Shown here piece after piece: positions 1 through 9,396 of a stretch of 51,990 nt of DNA. The DNA comes from Nitrospirota bacterium (GTDB taxonomy: Bacteria > Nitrospirota > Thermodesulfovibrionia > Thermodesulfovibrionales > Dissulfurispiraceae): contig JBFMCP010000023.1 in the NCBI GenBank assembly GCA_040754455.1, forward strand, positions 1 to 51,990. The letters are read 5' to 3'. Under the pieces are notes generated by a model. The model searched no databases and had not been told where the DNA came from. It was given only the letters and a program-made list of their open reading frames with translations. The number at the start of each line of letters is the position of its first letter. Within the stretch, counting starts at the first letter, position 1. The position numbers and the translations under genes are program-made.

Positions 1-250
1 TATTGATAATATCGTTACCTACGCGCGGCATCGCATCACCAACGCCTTGGGAGAGGCGATCAATGCCAAGATCGAGAAAGTGAAAAGAATGGCTTGTGGT
101 TTTCGTAATCGTTCCCATTATCGAACTACCATTTATTTTCATTGCGGTGGCCTGGACCTATTCCCCAAGCCCCCAGCTAATCCAACGCTATGCTTCAGAG
201 GAGCTTAACCACTATATGTTGGGGCTACCCATTAAAAAGCCGGATGCGGC
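1..250 (+). mobile_element. ISL3-family IS, right end
   Basis: Transposase end followed by cccattaaaaagccggatgcggc (about 228-250), which resembles ISL3 right ends, then AT-rich aataatatta. The exact boundary is inferred. Confidence 0.65.
2..208 (+). CDS. ISL3-family transposase, C-terminal end (runs off the window start)
   Basis: Frame 2, not in the ORF track: [55 protein letters not shown]...; ITNA-x2-E-x-IN-x-KI...GFRN...[10 protein letters not shown] is the typical ISL3 C-terminus; TAA at 206-208. Confidence 0.85.
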   Translation: MDNIVTYARHRITNALGEAINAKIEKVKRMACGFRNRSHYRTTIYFHCGGLDLFPKPPANPTLCFRGA

Positions 251-848
251 AATAATATTAATTGCCTGTCTACTTATCAGTGCATGTGCACATCAACCCA
301 TACAAATAGAATCACTTATTAAAAGCCAGAGTCCTGTTATAAATCCACAGCCTTTAAACTTCTTGGTCATGGATGTACGCGAAGACCGTTTCAGAGAGAA
401 GAATATTATTTACTACGACTTTCAATATCCCATCTCAATAATGTCTTTTGGCGACAGGATGTTTGACATGCCTATGAATATAGCGTTTGAGAAAATGCTG
501 TTCACTCGATTCGGGAACATTACATCCGGTTACAAAACTGAAGCAAAACTCAAGGCATTTTTCGTGACTGATAAGCCCAATCCTATAATGGGCGCTCCCG
601 TCATCGGACTCCTTGCAGCCGGAGCCGATCATGAATACCATGGTTTTTTAAAAGTAGATATCAGCATCTTTGACAAGAATAATAAATTCTTATTCCAAAA
701 AAGCTTCGATGTCGATATAAAAGAGCGGAGAAAGGTCGATGAGGAAAGGAACAGTGTTATTCTCGATATGTACTTAAAGGCCTTTAATAAATTTGCAAAA
801 GATCTCGAAGCGGATCTGCAACATATCGACTGGAACCGTCAAAGGTAA
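216..848 (+). CDS. Putative lipoprotein; native N-terminus probably interrupted by the IS
   Basis: Hydrophobic AAIILIACLLISAC with lipobox LISAC. The track start at 96 lies inside the transposase; in-frame ATG at 216. Confidence 0.6.
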   Translation: MLGLPIKKPDAAIILIACLLISACAHQPIQIESLIKSQSPVINPQPLNFLVMDVREDRFREKNIIYYDFQYPISIMSFGDRMFDMPMNIAFEKMLFTRFGNITSGYKTEAKLKAFFVTDKPNPIMGAPVIGLLAAGADHEYHGFLKVDISIFDKNNKFLFQKSFDVDIKERRKVDEERNSVILDMYLKAFNKFAKDLEADLQHIDWNRQR

Positions 849-851
849 CTT

Positions 852-1292
852 ATGGCTCAGAAATGCAAGACATGCTCCATGTCGGTTCCGAAATGGTCAG
901 ATGCATGTCCATATTGCAATAGCAAACAGGGATGGTCGCTCAGGATAAAGCTACTTTTAGCATTCTTTGTTCTTGCAGCTTTACTTGGTGCCATGGCCGG
1001 CTATGCACCCAGTCGAGGCACGTCAGAAAAATTTCGCAAAGAAAAAATTGAAAGAGGTTTTAGTGCATGGGATGGTTCACACAGAGGACTAGAAAAAATA
1101 ATAAAAGAATCAATGAACGATCCAGATTCTTATAAGCATGAAGAGACTGTCTATTGGGATAAAGGAGACTACCTTATTGTAAAAACAACCTTCCGAGGTA
1201 AGAATGCGTTTGGTGGGGTTGTCAAGAATTGGGTAATGGCAAAAGCAGACTTGGACGGTAATATTATTGAGGTCATTTCCCAAGCACCCTAA
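852..1292 (+). CDS. Zn-ribbon plus single-TM hypothetical protein (phage/island type)
   Basis: CKTC...CPYC N-terminus, one TM helix, C-terminal MNDPDSY...FRGKNAFGG motif. Confidence 0.75.
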   Translation: MAQKCKTCSMSVPKWSDACPYCNSKQGWSLRIKLLLAFFVLAALLGAMAGYAPSRGTSEKFRKEKIERGFSAWDGSHRGLEKIIKESMNDPDSYKHEETVYWDKGDYLIVKTTFRGKNAFGGVVKNWVMAKADLDGNIIEVISQAP

Positions 1293-1388
1293 TAAATGTT
1301 TAGTAAGCCTATAATACACCCATAATACTAATGCATATATAGGTAATAAAATCATGCACATAATCATGTCTGTGCAGAAAAAAAATTC

Positions 1389-1417
1389 TTGCCTTTTTCC
1401 CTCTCTCGTAGTAATTT
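1389..1417 (+). promoter_or_regulatory. sigma70-like promoter for the integrase
   Basis: TTGCCT-N17-TAATTT. Confidence 0.4.
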
Positions 1418-1468
1418 TAAGCGGCTATGCAGAACACGCAAAGCCTCAATCCCTGGGGATTCATCCCT

Positions 1469-2641
1469 ATGCCTAAAGGAATCCAGCCCGAAGGGAAATG
1501 CCCCGAATGTAAAGGCCCTTTCAAATGGGATGAAAGGCGTGGATATGTCTGCCCTATCCATTTTCTTCCCCCAAAACGCTTCACCATTTATTTCAACCAC
1601 GAGGGAGAACGTGTTTCCCGAGGTCATACATTAGAGGGCAAGCCACTCACAAATCACTATATGGCTCAGGCACTCTATGAGCTTGCCATGGATCAGAAGA
1701 GTGTCCCTGGTAAGTTTGATATTACTGTCTGGAAATCAAAAAGAGCACTCGAATATCAATTTAATCGACTTATTGCTAAATGGGAACGCGAGAAAATATC
1801 AACGCTAAAAAAAGGCTCCTACAAGAACATTAAAACATACTGCAAGCAATTCGCTGCATTCTACGGTGATCGGGATGTGCGTGAGATCCGCAACACGAAG
1901 GATTACTACCAGACCTTGAAAAACAGTATTTCAGTGATCAATGCCAAAATGGACACACTCAAGAGTTTTTTCAGATGGCTTATTGAGGATGAGCGGATCA
2001 TCCCAGCTCCTGGACCTTCTTTCCCAAAACTTGAAGAGCCGCCTGAGCATGAACCCATAACGGTGTCGAGAGAGATACAGGAGCAAATATTAAACTTCAT
2101 CCCCGAAATCCATCAGCCCCTTTTCCGTTACATGGTCTACCAGGGATGCAGACCGAATGAGGCCCGCGCGCTGAAATGGGACAGTATTGACCTTGAAAAT
2201 ATGATGGTGACATACAAGAGAGGGTTTTCCATTGATGACCTGAACGAACATACAAAGACAAAAGACATAATCCATAATCCTCTGTTCCCCGAAACCGTGG
2301 CCGTTTTGCCGCATCGATCCTTCGACCTAGATTTTGTTTTCAAATTCCGTGGTGCCCCCTACAAATACAACACCGTTGGGGCAATCTTCACGGCTGCTCT
2401 CAAGCGATTCAATAAGATTACTGGCAACAACCTTCAAATCACCATGTATGAATTCATCAAACATTCCTTCGGCACTCAACTTGTCAATAAGGGGCTCCCC
2501 ATCGAGGTCATGCAGCAATGGTGGGGTCATGAGGACAGTAAGATGACAAAGAAATACGCGAAACTAAAGATCGTGGATCATCTCAGAAGAGAGGTAGAAA
2601 AAATCTATCCAATCAAGAAGGTAGTAGAAGGGTCTCAGTAG
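1469..2641 (+). CDS. Tyrosine recombinase/phage integrase (start 1469 or 1427)
   Basis: GCRPNEARALKW box I, TKTK lysine, KHSFGT...WGHEDSKMTKKY box II with Tyr nucleophile; N-terminal CPEC...CPIH. Confidence 0.9.
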   Translation: MPKGIQPEGKCPECKGPFKWDERRGYVCPIHFLPPKRFTIYFNHEGERVSRGHTLEGKPLTNHYMAQALYELAMDQKSVPGKFDITVWKSKRALEYQFNRLIAKWEREKISTLKKGSYKNIKTYCKQFAAFYGDRDVREIRNTKDYYQTLKNSISVINAKMDTLKSFFRWLIEDERIIPAPGPSFPKLEEPPEHEPITVSREIQEQILNFIPEIHQPLFRYMVYQGCRPNEARALKWDSIDLENMMVTYKRGFSIDDLNEHTKTKDIIHNPLFPETVAVLPHRSFDLDFVFKFRGAPYKYNTVGAIFTAALKRFNKITGNNLQITMYEFIKHSFGTQLVNKGLPIEVMQQWWGHEDSKMTKKYAKLKIVDHLRREVEKIYPIKKVVEGSQ

Positions 2642-2700
2642 CCTCTCAGTAACGGTAATTTCTTCGGATTAAAAAGCCAATAAAACAACATGTTGCAACG

Positions 2701-4266
2701 CTAAAGGTCGTTCCCCGAATAGGATTGATTAAAGCTCTTGTTACAAAGGGGGAAGTCGGGCACGATATTCCCCGGTATCGCCTGCTCGAGGCCTAGCCAG
2801 TTGATGCTGGACGGATCCCTGACCATACAGCGGTTCATTTCACCCTTCGGTCCCGACTGAAGCCAATAGATGATCTCGCCGCGCCAGCCTTCTACTGCAG
2901 CAAACCCGGCCCTGTCGGCCAGGGGAACCGAAACAGGCACGGCAATCGGGCCGGCCGGAAGGCTTTTGAGTAGTTCCCTGATCAATCTGATGGACTCTCT
3001 TACCTCTTCCACCCTCACCCAGGCCCGTGCGTGCACATCTCCGGAAATGAGCACCGGCACATTGATCTCCATACGATCATACGGCGGGAACGGAAACTGC
3101 GCACGGCAATCGAGATTCAGGCCGCTCGCCCGCGCCACAATGCCCACTGCACCGAGCTCCCGCGCCTTTTCCGGGAGAAGAATCCCTGTATTCCTCACCC
3201 TGTCCTCAAGAGAAGGGTTATCGTCATACACAGCAACCAGCCGCTCAAACTGCTTTTCGAGATAGCTCATTTCTTTGAGTATCTTCTCTTTGCCCTTTTC
3301 ATCAATATCCGCAGCAACACCGCCCGGAATAACCTTGTCCATGATGAACCGGTGGCCGAAAAGTTCGTGGTTGGTGCGGAGGAGCATTTCCTTCAATCGC
3401 ATCATCTGATACAGCATAAAGGCAAAGGCCACATCATTACAGATAGCACCGATATCGCCCAAATGGTTGGCGATGCGTTCTCGTTCGAGGAAGAGCGCCC
3501 TGAGCCAGAGTGCCCTTTCAGGAGGGGCACATCTTGTCATGGATTCGAGCGCCATACAATACGCAAGGCTATGCGCCACCGTGGTATCCCCCGACACCCT
3601 TCCGGCGAGCCTGAAGCCCTCCTCCCACGCCATGGACTCAAACCGTTTCTCGATGCCCTTATGCACATAGCCGAGCCGCTCCTCGAGATTGAGTATCTGC
3701 TCACCCACTGCCTGGAAGCGGAAATGTCCGGGCTCAATAATACCCGCATGGACCGGGCCGACAGGTATTTCATACACCCCTTCGCCCTCTGCCCGGGACC
3801 AGCGATATTCACCCTTTACTCTCTGCAGGGGACGCGATGCATCAAAGGACTTTCTCAGCGGCCACGCATCAACGGGCCAGTCCTCGAACTTTATCCACGG
3901 CCTCAAGTCCGGATGCCCCACGGGAACAACCCCCATGAGGCTGTGCATCTGCCGCTCGAACCGATAGGCAGGCAGGTATCGCTTCGTAAGCGTCGGGAAT
4001 GTCGGGTCATCCATCGTTGTTATGGTCTTGACAATCAGGTACTCCGAGCCCCAGCGGTAACAGGCAAATATGCCGAACCACGGCGTCTCCTCCGTTGCCC
4101 ACTCTGCGGCAAGAAAGGCATACGCCTTTTTCATCGCCTTTGCGGCCTCGGCGAATCTCTCCTTGGGTACCGTGCAAAATACCACAGACGCCGGGTACTG
4201 GTAGGCTTCCCTGAAATTCACCTCATTGCCAAGGGATGCTGAGAGGGCATCTTTGAGCAGACTCAT
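2701..4266 (-). CDS. ehrL: Ehr complex large subunit (HyfG/HycE-like, NuoC+NuoD fusion, no NiFe Cys ligands)
   Basis: GPVHAGIIEPGHFRF, GYVHKGIEK, RVSGD in place of RxCGxC, C-terminal PDFPLCNKSFNQSYSGNDL. Confidence 0.9.
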   Translation of the reverse strand: MSLLKDALSASLGNEVNFREAYQYPASVVFCTVPKERFAEAAKAMKKAYAFLAAEWATEETPWFGIFACYRWGSEYLIVKTITTMDDPTFPTLTKRYLPAYRFERQMHSLMGVVPVGHPDLRPWIKFEDWPVDAWPLRKSFDASRPLQRVKGEYRWSRAEGEGVYEIPVGPVHAGIIEPGHFRFQAVGEQILNLEERLGYVHKGIEKRFESMAWEEGFRLAGRVSGDTTVAHSLAYCMALESMTRCAPPERALWLRALFLERERIANHLGDIGAICNDVAFAFMLYQMMRLKEMLLRTNHELFGHRFIMDKVIPGGVAADIDEKGKEKILKEMSYLEKQFERLVAVYDDNPSLEDRVRNTGILLPEKARELGAVGIVARASGLNLDCRAQFPFPPYDRMEINVPVLISGDVHARAWVRVEEVRESIRLIRELLKSLPAGPIAVPVSVPLADRAGFAAVEGWRGEIIYWLQSGPKGEMNRCMVRDPSSINWLGLEQAIPGNIVPDFPLCNKSFNQSYSGNDL

Positions 4267-5711
4267 TTCAGTATCTCCACTGCCTTATGGAACCATTGAT
4301 TGAGGAAATCCGGCATGTACAGCCCGATTGCAAGCACCAGAGCCATATGTAACAGCACCGGCATATGAGCCACCTTCATGGGTTTCTGATAGGGAGGAAC
4401 TTCCCCCGAAACCATATGCTGCACTTTCCTGAAGATAGCGGCAAACGCAACCGCAAGGCCCAGAAGGAGAAACGGCGTCATGAGGGGCGCATCCTTGATG
4501 GTTGCGGTAAGAATCAGAAACTCGCTCGTAAAAACGCCGAACGGCGGCATTCCTACGATGGCCATTGCTCCGAGCATCAAGCCCCATCCCACGAGGGGAT
4601 TACCTTTGATAAGCCCCCGTATTTTGTCCATCTCCTGTGTCCAGTGCATCTGTGATGCATGCCCAACCGTGAAAAATATGGAGGATTTTGCCAGACTGTG
4701 GACAAGCATATGGAGCAGCGCGCCATAGGTCGCAATAGGGCCGCCCAGCCCGAAGGCAAAGGTGGCGATGCCCATATGCTCTATGGATGAGTACGAGAAC
4801 ATCCGCTTGATATCCTTCTGCCTGAGCAAGGAGAAGGCTGCCACGAGAATGGACAGTATGCCGAAGCCCATCATGATATCACCGGCGTGGTGGGACTGCG
4901 TTGAGCCGTCTACCAGTGCCTTGCAGCGCACCAGTGCATAAAGGGCGATATTTAGGAGCAGTCCTGAAAGCACTGCGGAAATAGGCGTCGGGCCCTCGCT
5001 GTGGGCGTCGGGGAGCCAGTTATGGAGCGGGACAAGTCCTACCTTTGTGCCATACCCGACCATCAGAAAAACAAAGGCCAATGAAAGGATGGTCGGCTCG
5101 AGCTTGTCGCTCAATTGAATCAGGTTCGTCCAGAGGAGTGCCTCACCGCCCTCACCCAGCACTTTCTCAGCGGCAAAGTACAAAAGAACGGTCCCGAAAA
5201 GCGCCTGCGCTATGCCCACACCGCACAGGATGAAATATTTCCATGCAGCCTCGATCGCCGTCGGCGTGCGGTACAGTGATACCAGCAGGACGGTCGACAA
5301 TGTGGCAAGCTCCATAGCGATCCACAGGACGCCTACATTATTGGTAAGGAGGCAGAGGAGCATGGCAAATATGAACAGCTGGAACATGGCATGGTAAAAG
5401 CGCATTCCCCAGTGGCCGACCCTGCCGTGCTCCCGCTCCCGCCTCATGTATCTTCTGCTGAAGATAGCGGTGGTCATAGAGACAAAGGAGGTAAGCACCG
5501 CCAGATAGACACTGAATGCATCCACAAAGAAGAATTTCCTGCCGGCAAGCATGGGGCCGCCTGAATAGACCTCAAGCGCCAGCAAAGTCCCTGCCACGAA
5601 GGTGGCTGCGGAGCCGGCGATATTGACCTCGGGTGCGAGTCTCCTGTCGCCTACAAAGGCGAGAACAATCGCGGCAACAAGCGGAACTCCGAGAAGGATG
5701 AGCAGCAACAT
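4263..5711 (-). CDS. hyfF: Hydrogenase-4 subunit F-like antiporter-like membrane subunit
   Basis: EAAWKYFILC, GYGTKVGLVPLHNWLPDAHSEGPTPISA, KRMFSYSSIEHMG. Confidence 0.9.
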   Translation of the reverse strand: MLLLILLGVPLVAAIVLAFVGDRRLAPEVNIAGSAATFVAGTLLALEVYSGGPMLAGRKFFFVDAFSVYLAVLTSFVSMTTAIFSRRYMRREREHGRVGHWGMRFYHAMFQLFIFAMLLCLLTNNVGVLWIAMELATLSTVLLVSLYRTPTAIEAAWKYFILCGVGIAQALFGTVLLYFAAEKVLGEGGEALLWTNLIQLSDKLEPTILSLAFVFLMVGYGTKVGLVPLHNWLPDAHSEGPTPISAVLSGLLLNIALYALVRCKALVDGSTQSHHAGDIMMGFGILSILVAAFSLLRQKDIKRMFSYSSIEHMGIATFAFGLGGPIATYGALLHMLVHSLAKSSIFFTVGHASQMHWTQEMDKIRGLIKGNPLVGWGLMLGAMAIVGMPPFGVFTSEFLILTATIKDAPLMTPFLLLGLAVAFAAIFRKVQHMVSGEVPPYQKPMKVAHMPVLLHMALVLAIGLYMPDFLNQWFHKAVEILK

Positions 5712-5712
5712 C

Positions 5713-6402
5713 CTAATCTCCCTCCTTCAGGCGCGCCATCTGGTCCACATCAAGACTATCAAAGGTAGTGTTGATATGGAAAAAGAAGATACCGAAGATA
5801 AAGGCCGCGATCAATATGTCGATTGCCACACCCAGCTCCACCACAAGGGGCATGCCGTAGGTGGCGCTTGTTGCCGCAAAGAAGAGACCGTTTTCCATCG
5901 CCAGGAAGCCGATGATCTGGGTAACGGCATGCCGTCTCGTGATCATCATCAAGAGCCCGATCATTACCGTTGCGAGGGCGATGGCGAGTATCGAGCGGGT
6001 GATGAAGGTAGAGAGCTCGCGCACCGGAGCGGTCAGATGATAGGAGAATATCACGAGGGCAACCCCGATGAGCATGGTGACCGGTACGTTCACCACGGTC
6101 TCGATCTCCTTGCGTATCTTCAGTTTATGGATGAGCACATGCAAAATATAGGGGAGCAGTATCACCTTCAGGCTGAGCGTCAATAATGAAGATATATAGA
6201 GATGATGCCTGTTTGCCATATAGCCGACGATGGCCGTGCTGACCGAAAGGAAAAGACCCTGCCACGCGAAGAGATGAATGAGACCGTATATCCTTCGCTG
6301 TACGAGCATACCGAAGGCGGTCAGGAGGACCATTGCCGCAAGGAAGCTGACGATCTGCGCCATCGCCTGTACATCAACCTGGATATTTATAGTAATAGGC
6401 AT
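5713..6402 (-). CDS. hyfE: Hydrogenase-4 subunit E-like membrane protein
   Basis: QIIGFLAMENG, GMPLVVELG motifs; operon position. Confidence 0.85.
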   Translation of the reverse strand: MPITINIQVDVQAMAQIVSFLAAMVLLTAFGMLVQRRIYGLIHLFAWQGLFLSVSTAIVGYMANRHHLYISSLLTLSLKVILLPYILHVLIHKLKIRKEIETVVNVPVTMLIGVALVIFSYHLTAPVRELSTFITRSILAIALATVMIGLLMMITRRHAVTQIIGFLAMENGLFFAATSATYGMPLVVELGVAIDILIAAFIFGIFFFHINTTFDSLDVDQMARLKEGD

Positions 6403-6403
6403 A

Positions 6404-7354
6404 TCACTCCAGTATGAAATGCGAGAGCATTCCGAGCGTCGCCATCAGGAACGCAGCCCCGAGGAATTCCGTTACGCGGAAGAGACGCATCTTTGCGAGG
6501 CCGGTCTCGATAAGTACCAGGACGACTCCTGCAACCGCGAATTTTAGTACGAGAAACACCAATGCCATCGGTACCGCCGCAATGTCCCCCGTCTCTGCAA
6601 TTCCCCAAGGAACGAACGCAGCGGCACCCAGTGCCATAAAAAGGAAAAGCTTCATCATGCCCGCCCATTCGATGAGCGCGAGGTGCCTCCCCGAATATTC
6701 GAGGACCATCGCCTCATGTATCATCGTAAGCTCGAGGTGTGTCGTCGGATTGTCGACCGGTACCCTGCCGGTCTCCGCAAGCGCAATCATAATAAATGCC
6801 AGAAATGCAAAGGCGAGAGAGGGCCTCAGCACCACATTGATATCGCTCTGGGCGATTACCTGGGCGATCTGTGAGAGCGAGGTGGACTTGCTCGCCAGCG
6901 ACATGGTAAAGACCGCCATGAGCATCGCCGGTTCAGCAAGCGAGGCGATCATCATCTCCCGGCTCGATCCCATGCCGCCGAAGGCAGTGCCGATATCCAT
7001 TCCCGCCAGTGCGGTGAAGAACCGGGCAATAGCAAACAGCGCGACGAGCGCGATGACATCGGCGGTTGCCGAGAGGGGCAGATCGACCGACAGAATCGGT
7101 ATGATACCCCCGGCAAGGAGGGTTGCCCCGAATACAAGATACGGCGTAAAGCGGAATACCCACGAAGCGTTTTCCGCCAGCACGACGTCCTTTGCAAAGA
7201 GCTTTGCAATATCGCTGTAGGGCTGGAGCAGACGCGGCGAACGGCGGTTCTGCGACCAGCACTTCACCATCCTTACCCATCCCATAAAGAGAGGGGCGGC
7301 TCCGAGAAGGAGTACAAGCTGCAGTATCTCTATGATTAACGGTGAAAACCTCAT
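6404..7354 (-). CDS. hyfC: HyfC/HycD (NuoH-like) membrane subunit
   Basis: AFGGMGSSRE, ETGRVPVDNPTTHLELTMIHEAMVLEYSG; start taken at the ATGA overlap with the hyfB stop. Confidence 0.9.
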   Translation of the reverse strand: MRFSPLIIEILQLVLLLGAAPLFMGWVRMVKCWSQNRRSPRLLQPYSDIAKLFAKDVVLAENASWVFRFTPYLVFGATLLAGGIIPILSVDLPLSATADVIALVALFAIARFFTALAGMDIGTAFGGMGSSREMMIASLAEPAMLMAVFTMSLASKSTSLSQIAQVIAQSDINVVLRPSLAFAFLAFIMIALAETGRVPVDNPTTHLELTMIHEAMVLEYSGRHLALIEWAGMMKLFLFMALGAAAFVPWGIAETGDIAAVPMALVFLVLKFAVAGVVLVLIETGLAKMRLFRVTEFLGAAFLMATLGMLSHFILE

Positions 7355-9396
7355 CTCACAAATAGTAAAAGAACGATGATCGTTATGAACGAATAAATAA
7401 GATACGCCTGGATACGGCCCTGCTGGAGTCTTCCTACGTACCGGGATATCCAGAAGCTCGCCTGTGCAACCGGTAGGTAGATCCATCCCCAGAAGCGGTC
7501 ACGCACGCGGAGTGAATAATTGAGTCTCCGCGGAAAAGCGCTGTGGGCGGCCTGGGGGCTCAGTCGCACCTGTTCTTTTATGCTGAAGAGATAGCCGAAG
7601 ATCCTCCGTATCGGCATCGAAAACGAGGTTGCGTTATACTGCATTCTCTCCGTAAGCTTCTCAAACCCGCAGTCCCAGATCGGTCCGCGGCGGATCCTCC
7701 CCGGTTTGATATGGAGCAGAAGATATGCCGCAGCAACAACGACCAGAATGCCCACAAAGACAATAACGCCCGAATACGATGCCCGTTCCGGTGCTATCGG
7801 TGTAAGCCAGAGCCACCCGTAGGTCCCGGCCGATGCGCTTATTGTGGAGCCAACCAGTTGTACAGGAACCGTATCCACCCAGCCAATAAAAACAGTCGGC
7901 AGGACTCCCAGGAGCAGGCACGTAGCTGCAGCCATGATCATCCCCGCCCTCATCGACCAGTCCGCCTCGTGGACGCGAGGCCTGTGATGTCCCCGCCAGT
8001 GCCCCAGAAAGGTGACGCCGAAGGCCTTCACAAAGCATGCGGCAGCCAGGGCACCGGTGAGGGCGAGCAGTGCGGCTCCTGCCGGCATAAGGAGTTTCAG
8101 CAGGGGCGCCGGCAGAGACGGCGAAAGCAGAAACGCCTGAAAGGTGAGCCATTCGGAAACGAATCCGTTGAACGGTGGCAGCGCGGAAATCGAAATACAT
8201 CCGATGAGAAAGAGAGCCGCTGTCCAGGGCATCGTATGGATAAGCCCTCCCATTTCCTCCATATTACGTTCATGAGTCGCGTGGAGCACCGCACCGGCGC
8301 CCATGAAGAGGAGACCCTTGAACATCGCGTGGTTTAACGTATGGTAGACCCCCGCCGTCAGGGCCAGGGCTGCAAAAACGGGCATATGGAATGAGGTGAA
8401 GATCATGCACAGCCCTATGCCGATGAGGATGATCCCGATGTTCTCAACGGAATGATAGGCGAGCAGCCTTTTCAAATCATGCTGCATCAACGCGTAGAGG
8501 ACTCCCATCACTGCGGAAACAAGCCCGAACACCAACACAAGGGCACCCCACCACCAGGGGAATACTTTGATAAGGTCAAACGTTACTCGAATGACGCCGT
8601 AAATGGCGGTCTTAAGCATCACTCCGCTCATGAGCGCGGAGACATTGGACGGCGCTACAGGATGCGCTTCAGGCAGCCATACATGCAGGGGGATGACGCC
8701 GGCCTTTGCCGCAAAGCCGAAGAAAGCGAGGAGGAATGCCGCAGTCGCCCATTCTACCGGGAACTGTGATGCACGCATGGCGTCGAAGGTATAGCCGCTA
8801 AAATCCCTGAACCCTGTACCCAATCCCGCCATCACGCCAAAAGAGAGGAGAATGGCAACGGCACCGATATGCGCAACCACGACATACAGAAATGCGGCCC
8901 TCCTGTTTTCAGGCTTCTCATCCTCATACAACACGAGAAAGTACGAGGCAGCAGCCATCAATTCCCATGAGATGAGGAAGAACAGGGCGTCGTCGGCAAG
9001 CACTACCATGAACATGCCGGCGATGAAAAGGGCGTAGAAGATAATAAGCCGTGTTACCGGCCTCTGTCCCAGAAACCCTTTGACATAGCCGATTGAGTAC
9101 ACCGATACATACAATGCAAGGAGACCTATAGTAGTGAGAAAGAACCCGGAAAGTGAATCGAGCCGCAGATGAAAGGGCAGATCAGGAAGACCGAGGGCAA
9201 GCACCGCCTTGTCGGCCGTACCGTTACCCACCGCCCATATCCCTGCTGCAACTGCACACAACGAGGCGATGGCCGCGAGTGGGAAACTGACCTTGATCAT
9301 GGTTGCCTGATTCCTTCTGAAAAGGGGAGCAATAAGGGCCAGTAACAAAAACAGCAGAACGGAGAGCGATGCAACATCCAGAGGCGCAATCATCAT
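7351..9396 (-). CDS. hyfB: Hydrogenase-4 subunit B-like (NuoL/MrpA-type) membrane subunit
   Basis: KAGVIPLHVWLPEAHPVAPSNVSALMSGVMLK, KRLLAYHSVENIG, PPFNGFVSEW, WDCG. Confidence 0.92.
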   Translation of the reverse strand: MMIAPLDVASLSVLLFLLLALIAPLFRRNQATMIKVSFPLAAIASLCAVAAGIWAVGNGTADKAVLALGLPDLPFHLRLDSLSGFFLTTIGLLALYVSVYSIGYVKGFLGQRPVTRLIIFYALFIAGMFMVVLADDALFFLISWELMAAASYFLVLYEDEKPENRRAAFLYVVVAHIGAVAILLSFGVMAGLGTGFRDFSGYTFDAMRASQFPVEWATAAFLLAFFGFAAKAGVIPLHVWLPEAHPVAPSNVSALMSGVMLKTAIYGVIRVTFDLIKVFPWWWGALVLVFGLVSAVMGVLYALMQHDLKRLLAYHSVENIGIILIGIGLCMIFTSFHMPVFAALALTAGVYHTLNHAMFKGLLFMGAGAVLHATHERNMEEMGGLIHTMPWTAALFLIGCISISALPPFNGFVSEWLTFQAFLLSPSLPAPLLKLLMPAGAALLALTGALAAACFVKAFGVTFLGHWRGHHRPRVHEADWSMRAGMIMAAATCLLLGVLPTVFIGWVDTVPVQLVGSTISASAGTYGWLWLTPIAPERASYSGVIVFVGILVVVAAAYLLLHIKPGRIRRGPIWDCGFEKLTERMQYNATSFSMPIRRIFGYLFSIKEQVRLSPQAAHSAFPRRLNYSLRVRDRFWGWIYLPVAQASFWISRYVGRLQQGRIQAYLIYSFITIIVLLLFVR

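Larger units (their letters stand above)
1..2712. mobile_element. Right end of an integrated prophage or genomic island with an att-like junction at about 2633-2712
   Basis: Visibly AT-richer than the rest of the window; integrase at the boundary; tandem tctcagta repeats (2633, 2644); IHF-like aaacaacatgttg (2683-2695) directly before the ehrL stop. Confidence 0.7.

Noticed and set aside
96..215. Track N-terminus of the 250-aa ORF
   Set aside because: Lies within the ISL3 transposase coding sequence in another frame.
3031..4242. 403-aa plus-strand ORF and other long ORFs opposite the hyf genes, thrS, lysS, lolD, recG and the kinases
   Set aside because: Shadows of well-supported genes on the opposite strand.
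2701..9396. True NiFe hydrogenase-4 / formate hydrogenlyase
   Set aside because: The large subunit has neither CxxC Ni-binding motif and no fdh or hyp genes are adjacent.
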